Source: Antedon mediterranea (taxonomy: Eukaryota > Animalia > Echinodermata). From it: a stretch of DNA of 64,000 nt. Made by a program: the position numbers and the translations under genes. Location: positions 12,271,812 through 12,335,811 of the forward strand of contig NC_092675.1 of the NCBI RefSeq assembly GCF_964355755.1, given 5' to 3'. The notes under the pieces were generated by a model, which saw nothing but the letters and a program-made list of their open reading frames with translations, was not told where the DNA came from and ran no database searches. The stretch's first letter is position 1. Each line of letters begins with the position of its first letter. Positions 10,183-24,142 of this stretch are shown here, piece after piece.

Positions 10183-11320
10183 TAATATGAAGTGGAACCG
10201 TTCCTGTTTACAGTTTTGAAGTGTCTTCTCTTGCTGAAAATCAAAACGTTTTGCGAAAGAGTTGACGTCAAACGGAATACAGCAGCATAGAGATGGACAG
10301 TGTGGTCGTTTCTGCAGCGGCGTCTTCCTATAAAATCTTGCTGAAGTCCCTGTTTATCACGAAATCAAATATAGATAATGTTGTACGTATGTGCTTAATG
10401 TGTAACAGAGGAAAATTGTGAGACATAATTTCAAGTTAACCTACCAAAGCGAACACTTAAATTGCAATATAAACTATGTTTGAGTAAAAGTATTGAGTAT
10501 TCAGTTTGGTGGTAGAAATTCTTTTAAGTGTTTATGCTGCCAATAAAATAGATGATGATATCCCAAAGTCATCGGTTACCGGGAATGCAATGTCAAAAGC
10601 TGTTTAAAATGTACCATACTTTATATACCAATGTTTAAAATGCTGAACGATTTTTATTTAATGTTAAGAAAGAAGACGGAACTTTTTAAATAGTTTAAAT
10701 ATTTGTCTTTACATTAAGCAAATTAAAAGTTAGCCTATAGGCTGAATTGTTTTCAAAACGGGAGAAGTATCGGAATTCTTCCACTTCTCGTACAATTTGC
10801 ATATTATAGCACCTGAAAATATGTTTTCGTAGATGTGTGTCAATTTATATTTATAAATTTTGTTGATTATTTTGAATATATTCATATAACACCAATATAT
10901 TTTTATATAAGATATGATAATATTTATCAAATTATTGCATTTTTCAGAATGTTTTGTGACAACAGTTATTATTGTTAACTGACGCTAGAGAAAATTGCTG
11001 GTGTACGCGTTTATTGTATTTGTTTTTCCCACCAAACATAGTTTGGAGTCGTTTATTTAGAATTAAAATTCTTATTTTAATTATTTCGTGGCATAAAATG
11101 CTGAAGTTGACAGAAGCTCTTCGGAGCTCAGTATTCCTCGTGTTGCTAGAAGCAATTGTAGACAAATTATGGATAACCTATCACCAAAGCAGTTAATATT
11201 GTGTGGTAAGTTTGACAAAACATTGAGCTACGCCTATGAAAAGTGTGTGACAATATTGTGCCTATGTTAAGCATATTGTAGATGGCTATGATGTGAATAA
11301 AACGCATTTAGCACAAGTCT
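10183..11320 (+). other. Probable 3' UTR of the TGF-beta ligand gene
   Basis: Unique AT-rich sequence after the stop, with AATAAA at ~10542 and ~11297. The extent is inferred. Confidence 0.4.
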
Positions 11321-11336
11321 TACGTCTTTCTGTTTA

Positions 11337-11969
11337 TTTTTACTCGGGTAACTATGACTCGCTCTTTTCTGGAGACTATTTCAAGCCAACTTTCAAGTCA
11401 TACTAGTTATTTACGCGTCGTCTGACGGCTCTGAAACATGGCATGCATATACTAGGGTAATAGATATAAAGCAAAGTTATAGAGAGAAAATGTTTGCACT
11501 TCAATCGGATGCAGAATTAAGACGTCATAAAAATGGTACCAATCGAAACAATTGCGATTTTTAAAGTACTACTATTCCCTTACTCGTTGTAGTATTGAGC
11601 TGGGATTTGGCATGGGTATACTACAGGGAATGTCCTCAAAGCTATACGGATTTTTAAATTTCAAACCGGATGCAGCCATATGACGTCTCGAAGATGGTAC
11701 CTTGGTGCCAACCGATTTTCGTCGTAATATAGCCGTGTTTGGTGTCATTTCAAAGGTCTTGACTTTGAGAATAAGAATATAAACCTATTTATTATATTGA
11801 AATAGCAACAAATCACTTTGAGATTTCATAATTTACCGTAATTATGCCATAATTATGTGACGTAACTTTTCGGAATATTGCCGTATTTGGTAGCGAGGTT
11901 ATTGATGTGTATGTGACGTCATTACAGATTCTTTTGCTGTACCCCGAGTATCGCACATTCGTGCTTGTT
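11337..11969 (+). mobile_element. Second HINE-like family
   Basis: 5' TTTTTACTCGGG and 3' CCCGAGTA subTIRs, followed by palindrome GCAC-attc-GTGC and TTGTT. Confidence 0.65.
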
Positions 11970-12682
11970 ATCTTTGTTTACAATGTTTTCATATCGTGAA
12001 TCCTACGGCCCAATGTTGTTGCTAAGATCATAAAAATAAGTACAGTACGTTTAACTCACCAACACAACGTATCATCCTGTGAGTCTGCCTGTGCGATATA
12101 CCGTATCTTATCAGATAAGTTATCAACTTTTTTTTGTCTGGAAACGGTCAGCGAGAGAGGAATTTACATCGTTTATGTATAGGTAAGAGGGAGAGTTGTG
12201 GCTCTCTCGGATCTTCTGGGGTAAAAAGGAAAGAAACCCTTATTTCACAAAGATGATCTAGGAAGATATTATTCTGACGAACGTTAAGCGACACCAATTC
12301 GCTTAAAATCAAGATAAACACCTAACACAACACTTAAAATGAAAATAATTAAAATGTAGGCCTATAATAATAGAATGTATAATAATAAGATGTATATTTC
12401 AACATGATTATGATGAAAGTTGTACGTTTGGGGTTCAGTGTATAATTTTATTTTTTTATAATAATTATTATAATAATAATATAATAATTGGATTTAAATG
12501 AGATTTAATACATCCGAAAAGAAAGCACTCCACACTTGGAAAAATATAGCATCCTCTTCTATGCAACTTTATAAACCGATTTATTATGCGCTATAAGTTT
12601 TTGTTTCAAGTTCTTCAACAAAATACCCTTTCATATTTTATATCTTTCGTCGTTCTCCATGTTGAAACCTTGGATGTTACAG

Positions 12683-13048
12683 CAGACCTCTCAACTCTCC
12701 AGATAATGGTGGCAGTCCCGATATTCTGTATCATTCTCCCGCTTTCCCGCTAAAATACAATTATTTCTCCAGAGGTTTTTAATAAAACATAAAAAGTATC
12801 CCGATAATGTACGACTTCTAGACAGAGATAAGGGAGATTGCAACATTCTAGTATCTGTCCTGAAGATGCCCGTAACACATATAGTTAATAAGAGAAATAT
12901 TGTGTTTTTGTCGCATTTCTGCCTTTAAATTGTTTGAATAGCGCCCTTCTATGGAATTTTAAAAATGTTATAGCGCCATTTAATTGTTCTAATAGTTAAC
13001 ATGCAAACATACTTCCCGATATTTCATTTTTCCAAGTTGAGAGATCTG
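12683..13048. mobile_element. MITE with 14-bp TIRs (hAT-like termini)
   Basis: CAGACCTCTCAACT ... AGTTGAGAGATCTG (1 mismatch). No TSD recognisable. Confidence 0.5.
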
Positions 13049-13079
13049 TAACTGTGTGGCTGACAGGAATATTACATAA

Positions 13080-14005
13080 ATTATTATATAAGATTTAAAT
13101 TGCTTGGCAAATGCAGATGTTCTGTTCTTAGAGCTCTTCACTGGCTCATCGCAGGATTTAATATAAATTACTCATAATCACACTTAAAGCACGAATTAAT
13201 ATTGGACCAGATTATTTGAGCAATGTCAATAAATAAATAATAATAGTTCCATCAGTCAGTTTTGGACAGCTATAGACAGGGCGTTATGAAAGGTCATATA
13301 AGTGGTCTTATCGTATAAGCGGCCTAATAATGAAAACAGAAAACAGATTTTTAGAGAGGATCTAAAGAACGTTAAATTGGAAGAGCTTTTCCGCCTAATA
13401 AGCTGTCATGAAAAGTTTAATTTTTATAACAATAATGGATAAAAATGTTCCCTATAAAACTGAAAGCCATGGATTACACTAGACCCTAAGGTGATGGTTA
13501 TTAAACGTCAGATCGCAATTAATAATGATTTAATAAAGAATGGAAATCGGATGAATTCCGTAACATCCCTTATAAGGTTAACCAAATGTCAAAATCATTA
13601 ATATAGAAAACAAATCATTATAATAGTAATACTAGGCACCTGTTGGAAAGGTATAGACCAATTTGTAAACTTTAAAAAGAGTAATAGTTGGAATAAAAAC
13701 CTAGTTAATGACTCATGTGAAGGGAAGGTATCACTTCTTATCGTCTGGTTTTGAGGCTATTCAACCCAAAGAAAATCAGCAAAATGTACCTGTTTCCTCA
13801 CAACTAATCATTGATTTGGAGAATAAACTTTAAAATGTCAAATGTAACAAAGACCCAGACCTAGACAATGGATCCTAAAAGAGTGTTCCTATATTATTTC
13901 AAGACCTGTGTTATTTCTGTGCAATTTTGAATTCTTGTATTAAGGAGTTTTATCACATATTATATGTCTGGAAAAGTGCGGATGTAATCTGTAATCTATA
14001 GTAAG
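13080..14005 (+). pseudogene. Highly degraded CR1-group LINE ORF2 fragment
   Basis: Broken frames read NVKCNKDPDLDN...ILKECSYIISRPV and WKSADVI, the pre-RT motifs of CR1-type ORF2. Confidence 0.5.
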
Positions 14006-14420
14006 TACGTTTCGATCGTTGATGCGCTTATATTACGAATGTTTTACTGCGACTGGTGTTCGCGAAGTGGTACGCGTCATATTTGGTATGTAGTGAGGTT
14101 CTGCACATTTTTATACTTGTCTGCATTTTTTGCTTACTATAGCCAAACCGGTTCAAATCGATTTTGTATTTTTGTCTTCAACTCCCCCATAATGGTTTCG
14201 AGAACTTTAACTGTAGAAGAAGTAAATGAAATAAAGCTAGATCATTCTTGATGTAGTGAGGTTCTGCACATTTTTATACTTGTCTGCATTTTTGACATAA
14301 AAGGTGCAAAAATAAACTCTGCGCCATTGTATGAGAAAAAGGCGCAAATTAGCACCGTTTTAAGGTCTGCAACTTTAGTTTTAAGTGTGTAGAAAACTAA
14401 CCTTGGCGTAGACAACCTTT

Positions 14421-17250
14421 TACGATACGATACGATAAGACTTTATTGTCACAACGGCAAAAATATACAGTTATGAGATATGGGACCTTAGGTACACTTG
14501 AGTTAGTATGAATATAGCATAAATTACAAGACTAAAATAAATAAAAAAACAGGGAAATGTGACAGAAACATGAGTAATAAGCGGACTAGCGTTTGAAATC
14601 TCTATTATACAACCTGACAGCTGATGGAATATATGTGTTTCTAAATCTGTTTATTTTGAATTTGGGGTGGAGTAATCTACCTGATCTGCAGGTAACAAGG
14701 GTATCAAAGACAGGGTGAGTAACATCAGACATAATACAATTAAGTTTTTTAGACATCATTTCATTACATAAGTGTTCCAACAATTAACATCGGTGCCTAT
14801 AATCTTACCCGCTTGCTTAATAATCGAATTTAATTTTTTCTTACTATTTTTAAATACTTTAAAGTTCAATTAATTTAACCATATAATGATACAAAGTGAA
14901 AGAGCAGATTGTACAACAGAAACGTAAAACATATGTAAAATATTGGACTTAACATTAAATTTTCTCATTCTCCGTAGAAAGTACATTCTTTTATTACATT
15001 TGGTAGCGAGCTTATCCGTGTTAACATTCCAATTTAGTTTATCGTCAATATAATTGCCAAGATATTTTTGATCTTTAACAATTTCCACCTCTTTACCATT
15101 GATCAACAGACACTCATGGTTTTGATTAGCTTTCTTGAAGTCAACAAAAATTTCCTTAGTTTTTCGACATTAAGTACGAGATGATTTTGAGTACACCAAT
15201 CGACAAAAGAGTTAACATATTCCTTATATACATCTAAGTTATTATTGTCATCGATTGAACCTACTAAACAAGTGTCATCTGCAAATTTAATAGAGAAGCA
15301 TTTAGTTTGGTCAACAACAGGCGGTACAAAATCATTAGAGTAAAGTGAAAAAAGGAGGGGCGACAGCGAACAGCCCCGAGGAGCACCAGTATTGCAAGGC
15401 AAACAACCAGAAACTGAATCATTGAATGTGACCGACTGCTTTCTGTTGTTTAGAAAATCAGCTACCCAAAGATTCAGCACAGGATTAACATCCATCAACT
15501 TCAGCTTGTTAATTAAGAGGTGTGGCTGAAAAGTGTTAAATGCCGAGGAGAAATCTAAGAACAATAGTCTAGCATGTGACCTGGGCTTGTCAAGATGCTC
15601 CGCAACCTTGTGGGTAATCGTAATTACCGCATCTTCAACACTGCGATTTTTCCTATAAGCAAATTGATGACTGTCTAACAAATCATTAGTTTCCAAAGTC
15701 AACTTATATTTAACGATTTTTTCTAGGCACTTCATAGGGATTGCTGTTAAAGCTATCGGTCTGTAATCATTTGATCTGCTAGGTTTACTAATCTTAGGTA
15801 TATGAATAATGTTAGACAGTTTCCACAAGCTGGGAATCTTAAAACTATCCAGAGACCTTTAAAAAAGATATTGAAATATTGCACTAATTCTTTAAAATAT
15901 GACTGGTCCAGCTGCCTTTTTATGTTTAACATTCCTTAAGCTACTTTCAACATCATTGAGATCACTCATGACTCTATCATAATCATTGACATCACTAAGG
16001 ATATCAGATACAATATCCTGTCTTTCATTGCTAAAGACCAAACAATCGAATCGCGTATAGAAAGTATTTAACTCATCAGCTGAGAACAAAGAGTTTTTGT
16101 CTGAACGGGGTGATTGTTTTGAGTAACAAGTAATCTTCCTCAAACCTTTCCAGGTTTGTTGTATGTCCCCCGATTTAAAATCTTGTTCGATTTTATCCGC
16201 GTAATTTTTCTTGTTCTTTGCAATATCTTTCTTGATTCCCTTATCAATAGAACCTCCGTTCATAAAGACCTCCCAGTCAGTTGCCTCGAAACACTCTTTA
16301 AGGTTTTCCACCGCGTCAGTAGACCAGATTTGAATAGATTTAGTAACAGGCTTCTCCCGTTTGATCTTTTGTTGATACACTGGGAGTAACTGAACTAAAT
16401 TATGGTCCGATTTTCCGATACCTGGCTTGATATATGCTTTGTAGGCGTTGGGAATGTTTCCATAACAAAAGTCAATGGTGCTATTATGTCTTGTAGGTAG
16501 ATCAACGTATTGTTTCCAATGTGGAATTACCTTCTTAAGACTGCAATTGCTGAAGTCCCCGAGTATCACTTTGAACGCATCAGGGGATTTTGTCTCATAC
16601 TTGTTAGTAATTTCAGCTATCTTTCTGCTCGCAACATCACAGTCCGCCTTAGGATGGATATAACACACCATAAGATAAATCCGTGGACTTTCACGCGGTA
16701 AATAAAAGGGTCTGAGACCAAGTAGCATTATTTCAACATCAGAAGAACAGTATTTTTCTTTAACAGATACATTATTACACCACCGTTTATTGACATATGC
16801 ACATACACCGCCACCTCTACTTTTTCCTGAGTCAATGTTCTTATCAAGACGCTCACAAGAGAAACCCTCAATACTCACATCGCTGTCAGAAATGTTTCCT
16901 TGAACCAAGTTTTGCTGAAACAGATCAGAGAAGAGTTCTTAAAATCTTCTTGATAGCTTACACAAGCTTCTAATTTACCAAATTTGTTACAAAGTGAATG
17001 CGAGTTTCCAAACAGAATGGTAGGTAGTGGGGGATTGAACTTTCGTCGCCGTAATCTAACCTTAATACTTCACGTTATTAGTTCTCCCTTGTTGAAAATG
17101 TCTTGTTTAATCAAAGACAACGTATACCTTTTCACCACAGGGTTCGTGGCTGAGGTCAATTTTACCGTCTTTGCCGATGATCTCCTGGCGGGGGTTCCGT
17201 GCATAAAATATATGAATTACACCACCGTCATCGAGCGAATCGGCTGAGAC
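14421..17250 (-). mobile_element. Rex1/Babar-type LINE, near full-length, ORF disrupted
   Basis: APE domain (15892-16908: GGGVCAYVN, ILGDF, SDH), RT (15103-15828: QFAYR, LDFSSAFNT, GAPRG, KFADD), C-terminal KRMYFLRRMRKF, and a (TCGTA)n tail at 14421-14436. Confidence 0.9.
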
Positions 17251-17296
17251 GGGACTATCAGACTCCAATTTAAAAAAAAAAAAATTAAAATTGAAC

Positions 17297-17363
17297 TCAA
17301 GCAGTTGCTTGATCAGGTCAAATTATTTCTCGATCCACTGCAATTTGCCTATCAGAGCAATAC
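17297..17363 (+). other. Short isolated RT fragment of the LINE family found at 48938-51900
   Basis: Encodes LKQLLDQVKLFLDPLQFAYQSN, compared with LRQLLDQTKFFLDPLQFAYQSN at ~50225-50290 (-). Confidence 0.7.
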
Positions 17364-18294
17364 TGACAAATTGCCATCCAACTTTTCTAGACCACAATTT
17401 TCCGTAGATTACGAATATGGAAGGTAATCGATCAGGATAGGAAGCGTTTTCGAGATATAAGGAGTTAAATTTCAAAATTTACCAATTACAACAATGTATT
17501 ATGTATATGTATTATAACAAATGTATTGAAGCACAATTTGGTCTTTTATTTCATTTTCTATTTAATCACCTTATGAAAAAAAAATCCTTTGTGATTAAGG
17601 GTCAAATGCCAATATTGACCAATCATAGAACTTACCTATAAAAAAAACTAATATTTAAAAAAAATTGGATGTTTTCTCATCCTGTTAATCATACACAATG
17701 TAAAAGAGCGAATACATCATTTCATCAGTTGACATAATGTCAATTCCATCAGTTGACATAAGGTCAAAGTCAACATTTTAATATGCGTATTAGTTAGTTA
17801 CCAAATAAATGCAAAGTTGTCCATACTATGATATCGATGGTTTTACAAGTAATCAAATTATTGGATCAATAGGCCTAAAGTTATGTTATTTCAATATAAT
17901 TTTGATTAATATAATTATAATACTGTATTAATCAAATAAGACTTCGATGAGGATAGGAAGCGTTTTCAGAGAAATAAGGGGTCAAAGTTTAAAATTGAAA
18001 AAGTATGTGTTATATATATTATGACCAATTTATTGAAGTTCAATTTAATCTTTCAATGCATTTGTACTGAATGGTTATAGGTATCTATTCAGTCACCTTA
18101 TAAAACAAATACTTTATAATTAAAGGTCAAATGTCAATATTGACCAATCACAAAATTTGCCTATAAAAACTAACATTTAGGACAAAATGTTATGTTTTAT
18201 CATTCTGGTAAGACATCAACCAATCATACACAATCAAAAGAGTACATTAATCATATTGATATACTAAATAATGCAAAGATATTCAAACTATAAG

Positions 18295-21200
18295 ATGTTT
18301 CTCTCTCTCTGATTTTCTTTCTTTTTATCCTTCTTTCATTGTAGGCCTACTGTATATTTATATTTATTTTTTAAGGTTGTCAGAGCCGGGGGTGGTATTG
18401 GGGTTAAGCTCCCATTACCTATAAAATGCTGCCATAGGGCGTGCGTCTCAAATAGCCTCTGACAACTGAAAGTCCAACTCCTGGCCTGCACGAATGGCTT
18501 AGTTCTTTCTTTAAGCCTGGCAAAACCTGCTTTCTACTGACAGGAGAAGGGACGAAGGCGAGCCCCTGGCGCCTCAAAACCAAAAGCTTACTTGGACAGG
18601 TGGAGTTCATCAGCCGTGATAGGTAGTTCACCTAGGAGAAGGAAAACTCTGATTTAAAACCTCCGCTGCCTTGCGGCTATATCCATCATGGAAAAGGCTT
18701 CAGGAGTAAACCTCAAGGATAAATCCGGAGTGAAGCCCCTAAGGCGGTTGGAACATCGACTCGATCTCCTTCCGGCAGCTTCTGCAGCCAAACTGGTACC
18801 ATACGTATTGCTCTGCTCTTCTATGGACTTCATCGGTAAAGGCCGAGAGGGGGATTCTGCCGACTGGGAGTCGCAGGGTTCCCATATTTTTCTTCGCCCA
18901 GGCGTGCACCATGGAGAGGTCACTTCAGTGCTGTTGTAAAAAACGGCTAAAATCAACACGGGAGACAGCAGTTTACGAGTGATAAGCCAAGACCAATTGG
19001 CGTAGGTCAAGGCGCTACGGGTTGTCTCCGATGGTGGGAAGGACCATCGCAGTCCCACTGGTCAGCTTTCGCCCGCCTCAAGCCGAGCAGCCATCGGCCA
19101 GTAAGATGCTGACCCGCCACAGTCTGCCTGCTTCAATGGGTGCTTGGAGCTTAGGATTCTTCCGACAAGCGGAGTGTAACTACTGCACCACGCAAAAGAT
19201 TAAAGAAAAGATTAAAGAATACTACTTTGCGATTTGCAAGCTGGAACGTCAGGACCATGTGTCCTGGCTTTTCGAACGACCCACGAACGACCAACGACTC
19301 AAGAAAAACGGCTATCATCAACCGTGAGCTCAAGAGGCTCAACATCGATATCGCTGCATTACAGGAGACAAGACTCCCCTCGAATGGCAGTATAAGAGAA
19401 AGGGACTACACGTTCTTTTGGCAGGAGTTGGAACCTGACCAACCACAACTCCATGGAGTGGGGTTCGCTGTTAGTAACTCTCTTGTGGCATCAGTCGAAC
19501 CACCATCCAAGGGCACCGCCCGAATCCTCTCACTCCGCCTATCAACATCTTCGGGCACAGTAAACATCTTGAGCATCTATGCACCAACTCTTTGCTCAAC
19601 ACCCGTGTCTAAAGATGAATTTTATGAAGAGCTGGACTCTGCCATCAGAGGAATCTCAGCCACAGAACATCTGTATTTGCTTGGCGACTTTAACGCCCGT
19701 GTGGGATCTGACCATCACTCCTGGTCCAGGAGCATTGGTCATTTTGGTGTAGGAAAACTAAATGAGAATGGCCAGAGGCTTCTGGAGCTTTGCAGTTATC
19801 ATGACCTCTGCATTACCAACACATTCTTCTCCACCAAGCCTCAGCACAAAGTGTCCTGGCGACATCCAAGATCTCACCACTGGCACCAACTCGATCTCGT
19901 CATCACTCGAAGATCTTACTTAAATGACGTAAACATCACTCGCAGTTACCATAGTGGAGACTGCGATACTGATCACTCTATGGTGCGCAGCACAGTGTGT
20001 CTCCAACCAAAACAAATTCATCGCTCCAGGCACATAGGACGCCCACGCATCAACACAGTTAAGACCAATCTGCAAGATCTGTGCGCTCGTTTTGCCCAAA
20101 CCATCGATGAAATGATGAAAGACTGTCCAACAGCCAACTCAGAAACGAGATGGGCTCATATTCGTGATGCCATCTATACCTCCGTCAAAGACATCTTCGG
20201 CGTGAAAGATAGGAAAACCCCCGATTGGTTTGAATCAGGAATTTCTGCGATGGAGCCAGCTTTAGAAGCAAAGCGTGCAGCGCTAATTGACTACAAAAGA
20301 GACCTTTCAGAAAGAACACTAGAGGCTCTTCGTAAATCTAGAAATAACGCTCAAAGGATAGCTCGACAGTGTTCCAACTGGTTGAACCTCTGTCAAGATA
20401 TTCAACTCTCTGCTGACCACGGCAACACTGGCGCCATGTACGCTGGTATAAAAGGCCTTTGCACCTAGTGCAACGAAGATCGCACCATTAAAGACCGCCT
20501 CTGGTACCATCATAACTGATCGTGGAAAGCAGATGGAGAGATGAGTAGAGCATTACCAACAACTCTACTTGAGAGAAAACATTGTCACCGACTCAGCCAT
20601 TGAGTGCATAGTTTTTCTCCCCATAATAGAAGAGCTCGAAAATCCACCTACTCTGGTGGAACTAAGCAAGGCCATTGATGTCTTGGCTTGCGGTAAAGCC
20701 CCAGGCAAGGACGGTATCCCACCAGAGGTCCTCAAGGCTGGTAGCTCCACACTACTACAAAAGATACACGAGCTTCTGCTACAATGCTGGGAAGAAGGCT
20801 CAGTACCCCAGGATATGCGTGACGCAAACATCGTTACACTGTATACGAACAAAGGCGATCGTAGCGACTGCATCAACTATCGTGGAATATCCCTTCTTAG
20901 CATAGTAGGTAAAGTCTTCGCACGTGTTGTACTAACTAGATTACAATCACTTGCAGAACGTGTCTATCATGAAGCCCAGTGCGGCTTCAGAGCTGGAAGA
21001 TTAACCATCGAAAAGTGCCGTGAGCAGAGCCCCTGTACATGGCCTTCATAGATCTAACGAAAGCCTTCGACCTTGTCAGTAGGAAAGGTTTCTTCTCCCT
21101 ACTACAAAGGATCGGATATCCTCCAAAGCTTCTGAGGATGATCACCTCCTTTCACGATGACATGCACAGTGTTGTCCAGTATGGTGGCTCATCTTCGGCA

Positions 21201-22502
21201 TATTCTTTTCCCTGTTACTATCATATGCCTTTCGTCAGTCAAATGACGGAGTCTACCTACATACTCGAAGTGACGGAAATCTGTTCAACCTTGCCCGCCT
21301 CCGTGCAAAGACCAAGGTGCGACGTCTACTTATTAGAAAGTTGCTCTTCGCTGATGACGCTGCCATCACAGCCCACAGTGTAGAAGCACTCCAGCGCCTC
21401 ATTGACTGCTTCTGACATGCATGCGAGGAGTTTGGCCTTATCATCAGCCTTAAGAAAACGAACGTTCTAAGTCAAGATGCAGCAAATGCTCCTGAGATCA
21501 AAATTGGCGATTATACTCTTGAGGTGGTGGACAAGTTCACTTACCTTGGTTCCACTGTTTCCAGTAACCTCTCATTGGACGCCGAACTCAACATCAGGAT
21601 TGGAAAAGCGACATCAGCCATGGCTCGCCTAACAGATAAGGTTTGGAAAAACCGCATGCTGACCATTATCACCAAGGTGAAGATCTACCAGGCTTGTGTC
21701 CTAAGCACCCTATTGTACAGCAGTGAATCATGGTGTCTTTACACCCGCCGCCAAGAGCGCAGATTGAATTCATTTCATCTGCGCTGCCTGAGAAGGATAC
21801 TCGGCATCAAATGGCAGGATCATGTCTCAAACAAGACCGTTCTAACTAGGGCAGGTTTGCCCAGGATGTACTCACTGCTTACCCAGAGACGCCGTCGATG
21901 GCTGGGCCATGTGAGGTGCATGGATGACGGAAGAATACCCAAGGACTTACTCTATGGTGAGCTTGTCACTGGAACTAGACCCAAAGGAAGGCCCATGTTA
22001 CGCTTTAAAGACGTATGCAAGCGTGATCTGAAGTCGGGAAACACAAACGTCACAAACTGGGAGGCTGTAGCCTCCGATCGCAGTATTATATGTGGAGATC
22101 CACTATCAAGATGTGTGTCCAAACAAGCGAGAGTGGACGCGACAAGAAATGGACGCTACTCAAGAAACGTAGAAAGGAGAGAGCATTCTCTGCTCCAACC
22201 GACCAGGAGCCGTCGTACATCTGCCCAAAATGTGACAAATCATACCGCTCAAAAATCGGACTTCTTAGTCACAGCAGGCGCTGTGACCCTGCACCGAATG
22301 ACGGATAGAGGGCGCATACATATTGTCTCTCGAGACAGACGGCTGCCAACATCAACATATTTTTTATATCTTTGTTAATTTTGTGTTTTTATAGTTTATT
22401 TTGTATTTACTCTTTGTATTGTTTGAGGGTCCCTAATTATCAGCTGATGCTGGATGGACCACCCTCATAAAATATTGTTGAAATAAAAAATAAAAATAAA
22501 AG
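18295..22502 (+). mobile_element. LINE 3' tail fragment (L2/CR1-like) split by the RTE insertion
   Basis: T-rich 3' UTR, stem-loop GAGGGTCC...GGACCACCCTC, (AATAAA)n end at 22482-22501. Confidence 0.5.
18374..22357 (+). mobile_element. Full-length RTE-clade LINE with frameshifted ORF
   Basis: ~850-nt 5' UTR. APE (FASWNVRT, ALQETR, LGDFNA, DTDH), RT (YRGISLLS, QCGFR, FIDLTKAFD, LFADD), WLGHV, and C-terminal CPKC...LLSH...C finger. Candidate 9-bp TSD TATTTTTTA (18365-18373 / 22358-22366). Confidence 0.92.
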
Positions 22503-22905
22503 TAGATGCAATCACGTTATTTGTGAAGTTATGGTATAGTGATATTTTTTTCTAGTGCGCATTATTTTAATTGTATTATAATACTGTAAAATAAATAATA
22601 CCATTCATATTATGACTGTTAAATGTTATGATGTTAAAATGTTACGCTGACCTTCAATGATTTGCCACTACACATTTGCATTAATCATATTGATATACTA
22701 AATAATGCAAAGATATTCAAACTATGAGATTGTAAATGTAATCACGTTATTTGTGAAGTTATGGTATAGTGATATTTTTTCTAGTGCTCATTATTTTAAT
22801 TGTATTATAAAACTGTAAAATAAATGATACCATTCATATTATGACTGTTAAATGTTATGATGTTAAAATGTTACGCTGACCTTCAATGATTTGCCACTAC
22901 ACAGT
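22503..22905. repeat. ~232-bp tandem duplication within the long-arm element
   Basis: 22510-22680 repeats at 22741-22910. The start of the first unit is at ~18247-18295, before the LINE insertions. Confidence 0.8.
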
Positions 22906-23545
22906 TGCATTTATTAGGGCTACAATATTCGTAAACTACTATTCATCAGAATCAGAGAATACCAGTTTATCCACAGGATAGGACATAAGCAGATCCAGGT
23001 GGCCCAGTCCACCCACATCCTCCCACCTTTAAATTCAATTCACAATTTCTAGGACTCTGGCCATTCACTGATACCATCTTTTTCTATTTAATGATCTTGG
23101 ATTCATCACCATGTGTTGTCTTTTATTTGTCAAGTTCTGCAAATACTGCATGTTTCAAATATTTCCATGATTACCTTTCATTTCTTTCACTTTTGAAAAT
23201 ATTAAGAGAATATTGCCTGTTTCCCTAGTTGACGACACATTTACTCATATCTATAATCTTGGTCAATAATGCTTTATATTTTACTTTTATTGGCTAATAA
23301 AAACTGGAATCCACAACTCACTACACAGACAGATCACAATTCCTATATGAGTCTCGATATGATTGCTAGCCACAGATAGTTTTCCTGTGCATAGTGTTGT
23401 ACACATTATGTAATAAGGTCCATCTTTCCAAAGGTTGCAATATATACTATTCAAAGTTAGCAGCAGCTTGATGTCAGGAGAGAATAAACTCATCTGATTC
23501 TCTTCTTTATGCGTCTATCTAACGAACGTAAGATATTTTCATTTC

Positions 23546-23962
23546 AATTATTATTATTATTATTATTATTATTACTTGTATAGCGCACATTTATACAACA
23601 TTTAGTTATAATCAGCGGCGCTTCACATCAATTAGTATCGTGACATTGTTTGAAATATAGGGCTTTTAAATGTTTTTAAAACTGATTATAGTGTTTAATG
23701 TGACTTGGTAATCTGTTCCAAATTTTGGGTCCTGCTACGGCGAACGAACGGTCAGCAAATGTCTTTCGTTTAGTTCGTGGGATTGTCAGGTTATAATTGC
23801 TGGTGCTTGAACGAGTACTGCTAGAAACATTCCGTACAGTAAGAATATCTCTCAGGTAACTTGGAGCGGAACCTTTAAGCGAACGCCATACAAGACACGC
23901 TATTTTGAATTGACATCTATGAGACATCGGAAGCCAGTGCAAGGATCGCATGGCGCAAGTCA
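23546..23962 (-). mobile_element. 5'-truncated L2-clade LINE
   Basis: LHWLPMSHRCQFKIACLVW...FADRSFAVAGPKIWNRLP. L2-type tail ending GCGCTATACAAGT(AAT)n. Confidence 0.85.
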
Positions 23963-24142
23963 ATGTCAACTAATATAAAAAATCAATGCTTGGAATGATT
24001 GTGTTCACTGTAAATGATTATGTCTCTTCCCTTTTTCGAAAAAGAAATCAATCATGGTGGTCAAATCCTGGTGGTCACGTATAGAGATAATCGAAACTGC
24101 TTTGCAGAACTAGACCAAATGAACAAAATCTTCACAGACTAA

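Noticed and set aside
14088-14293. 43-bp direct repeat (14088-14130, 14251-14293) as LTRs or a TSD
   Set aside because: No TG..CA/PBS structure or element features; most likely a small local duplication.
18419-19345. ORF1-like genes upstream of the RTE ORF
   Set aside because: Short overlapping frames on both strands with no recognisable domain, consistent with GC-rich 5' UTR.
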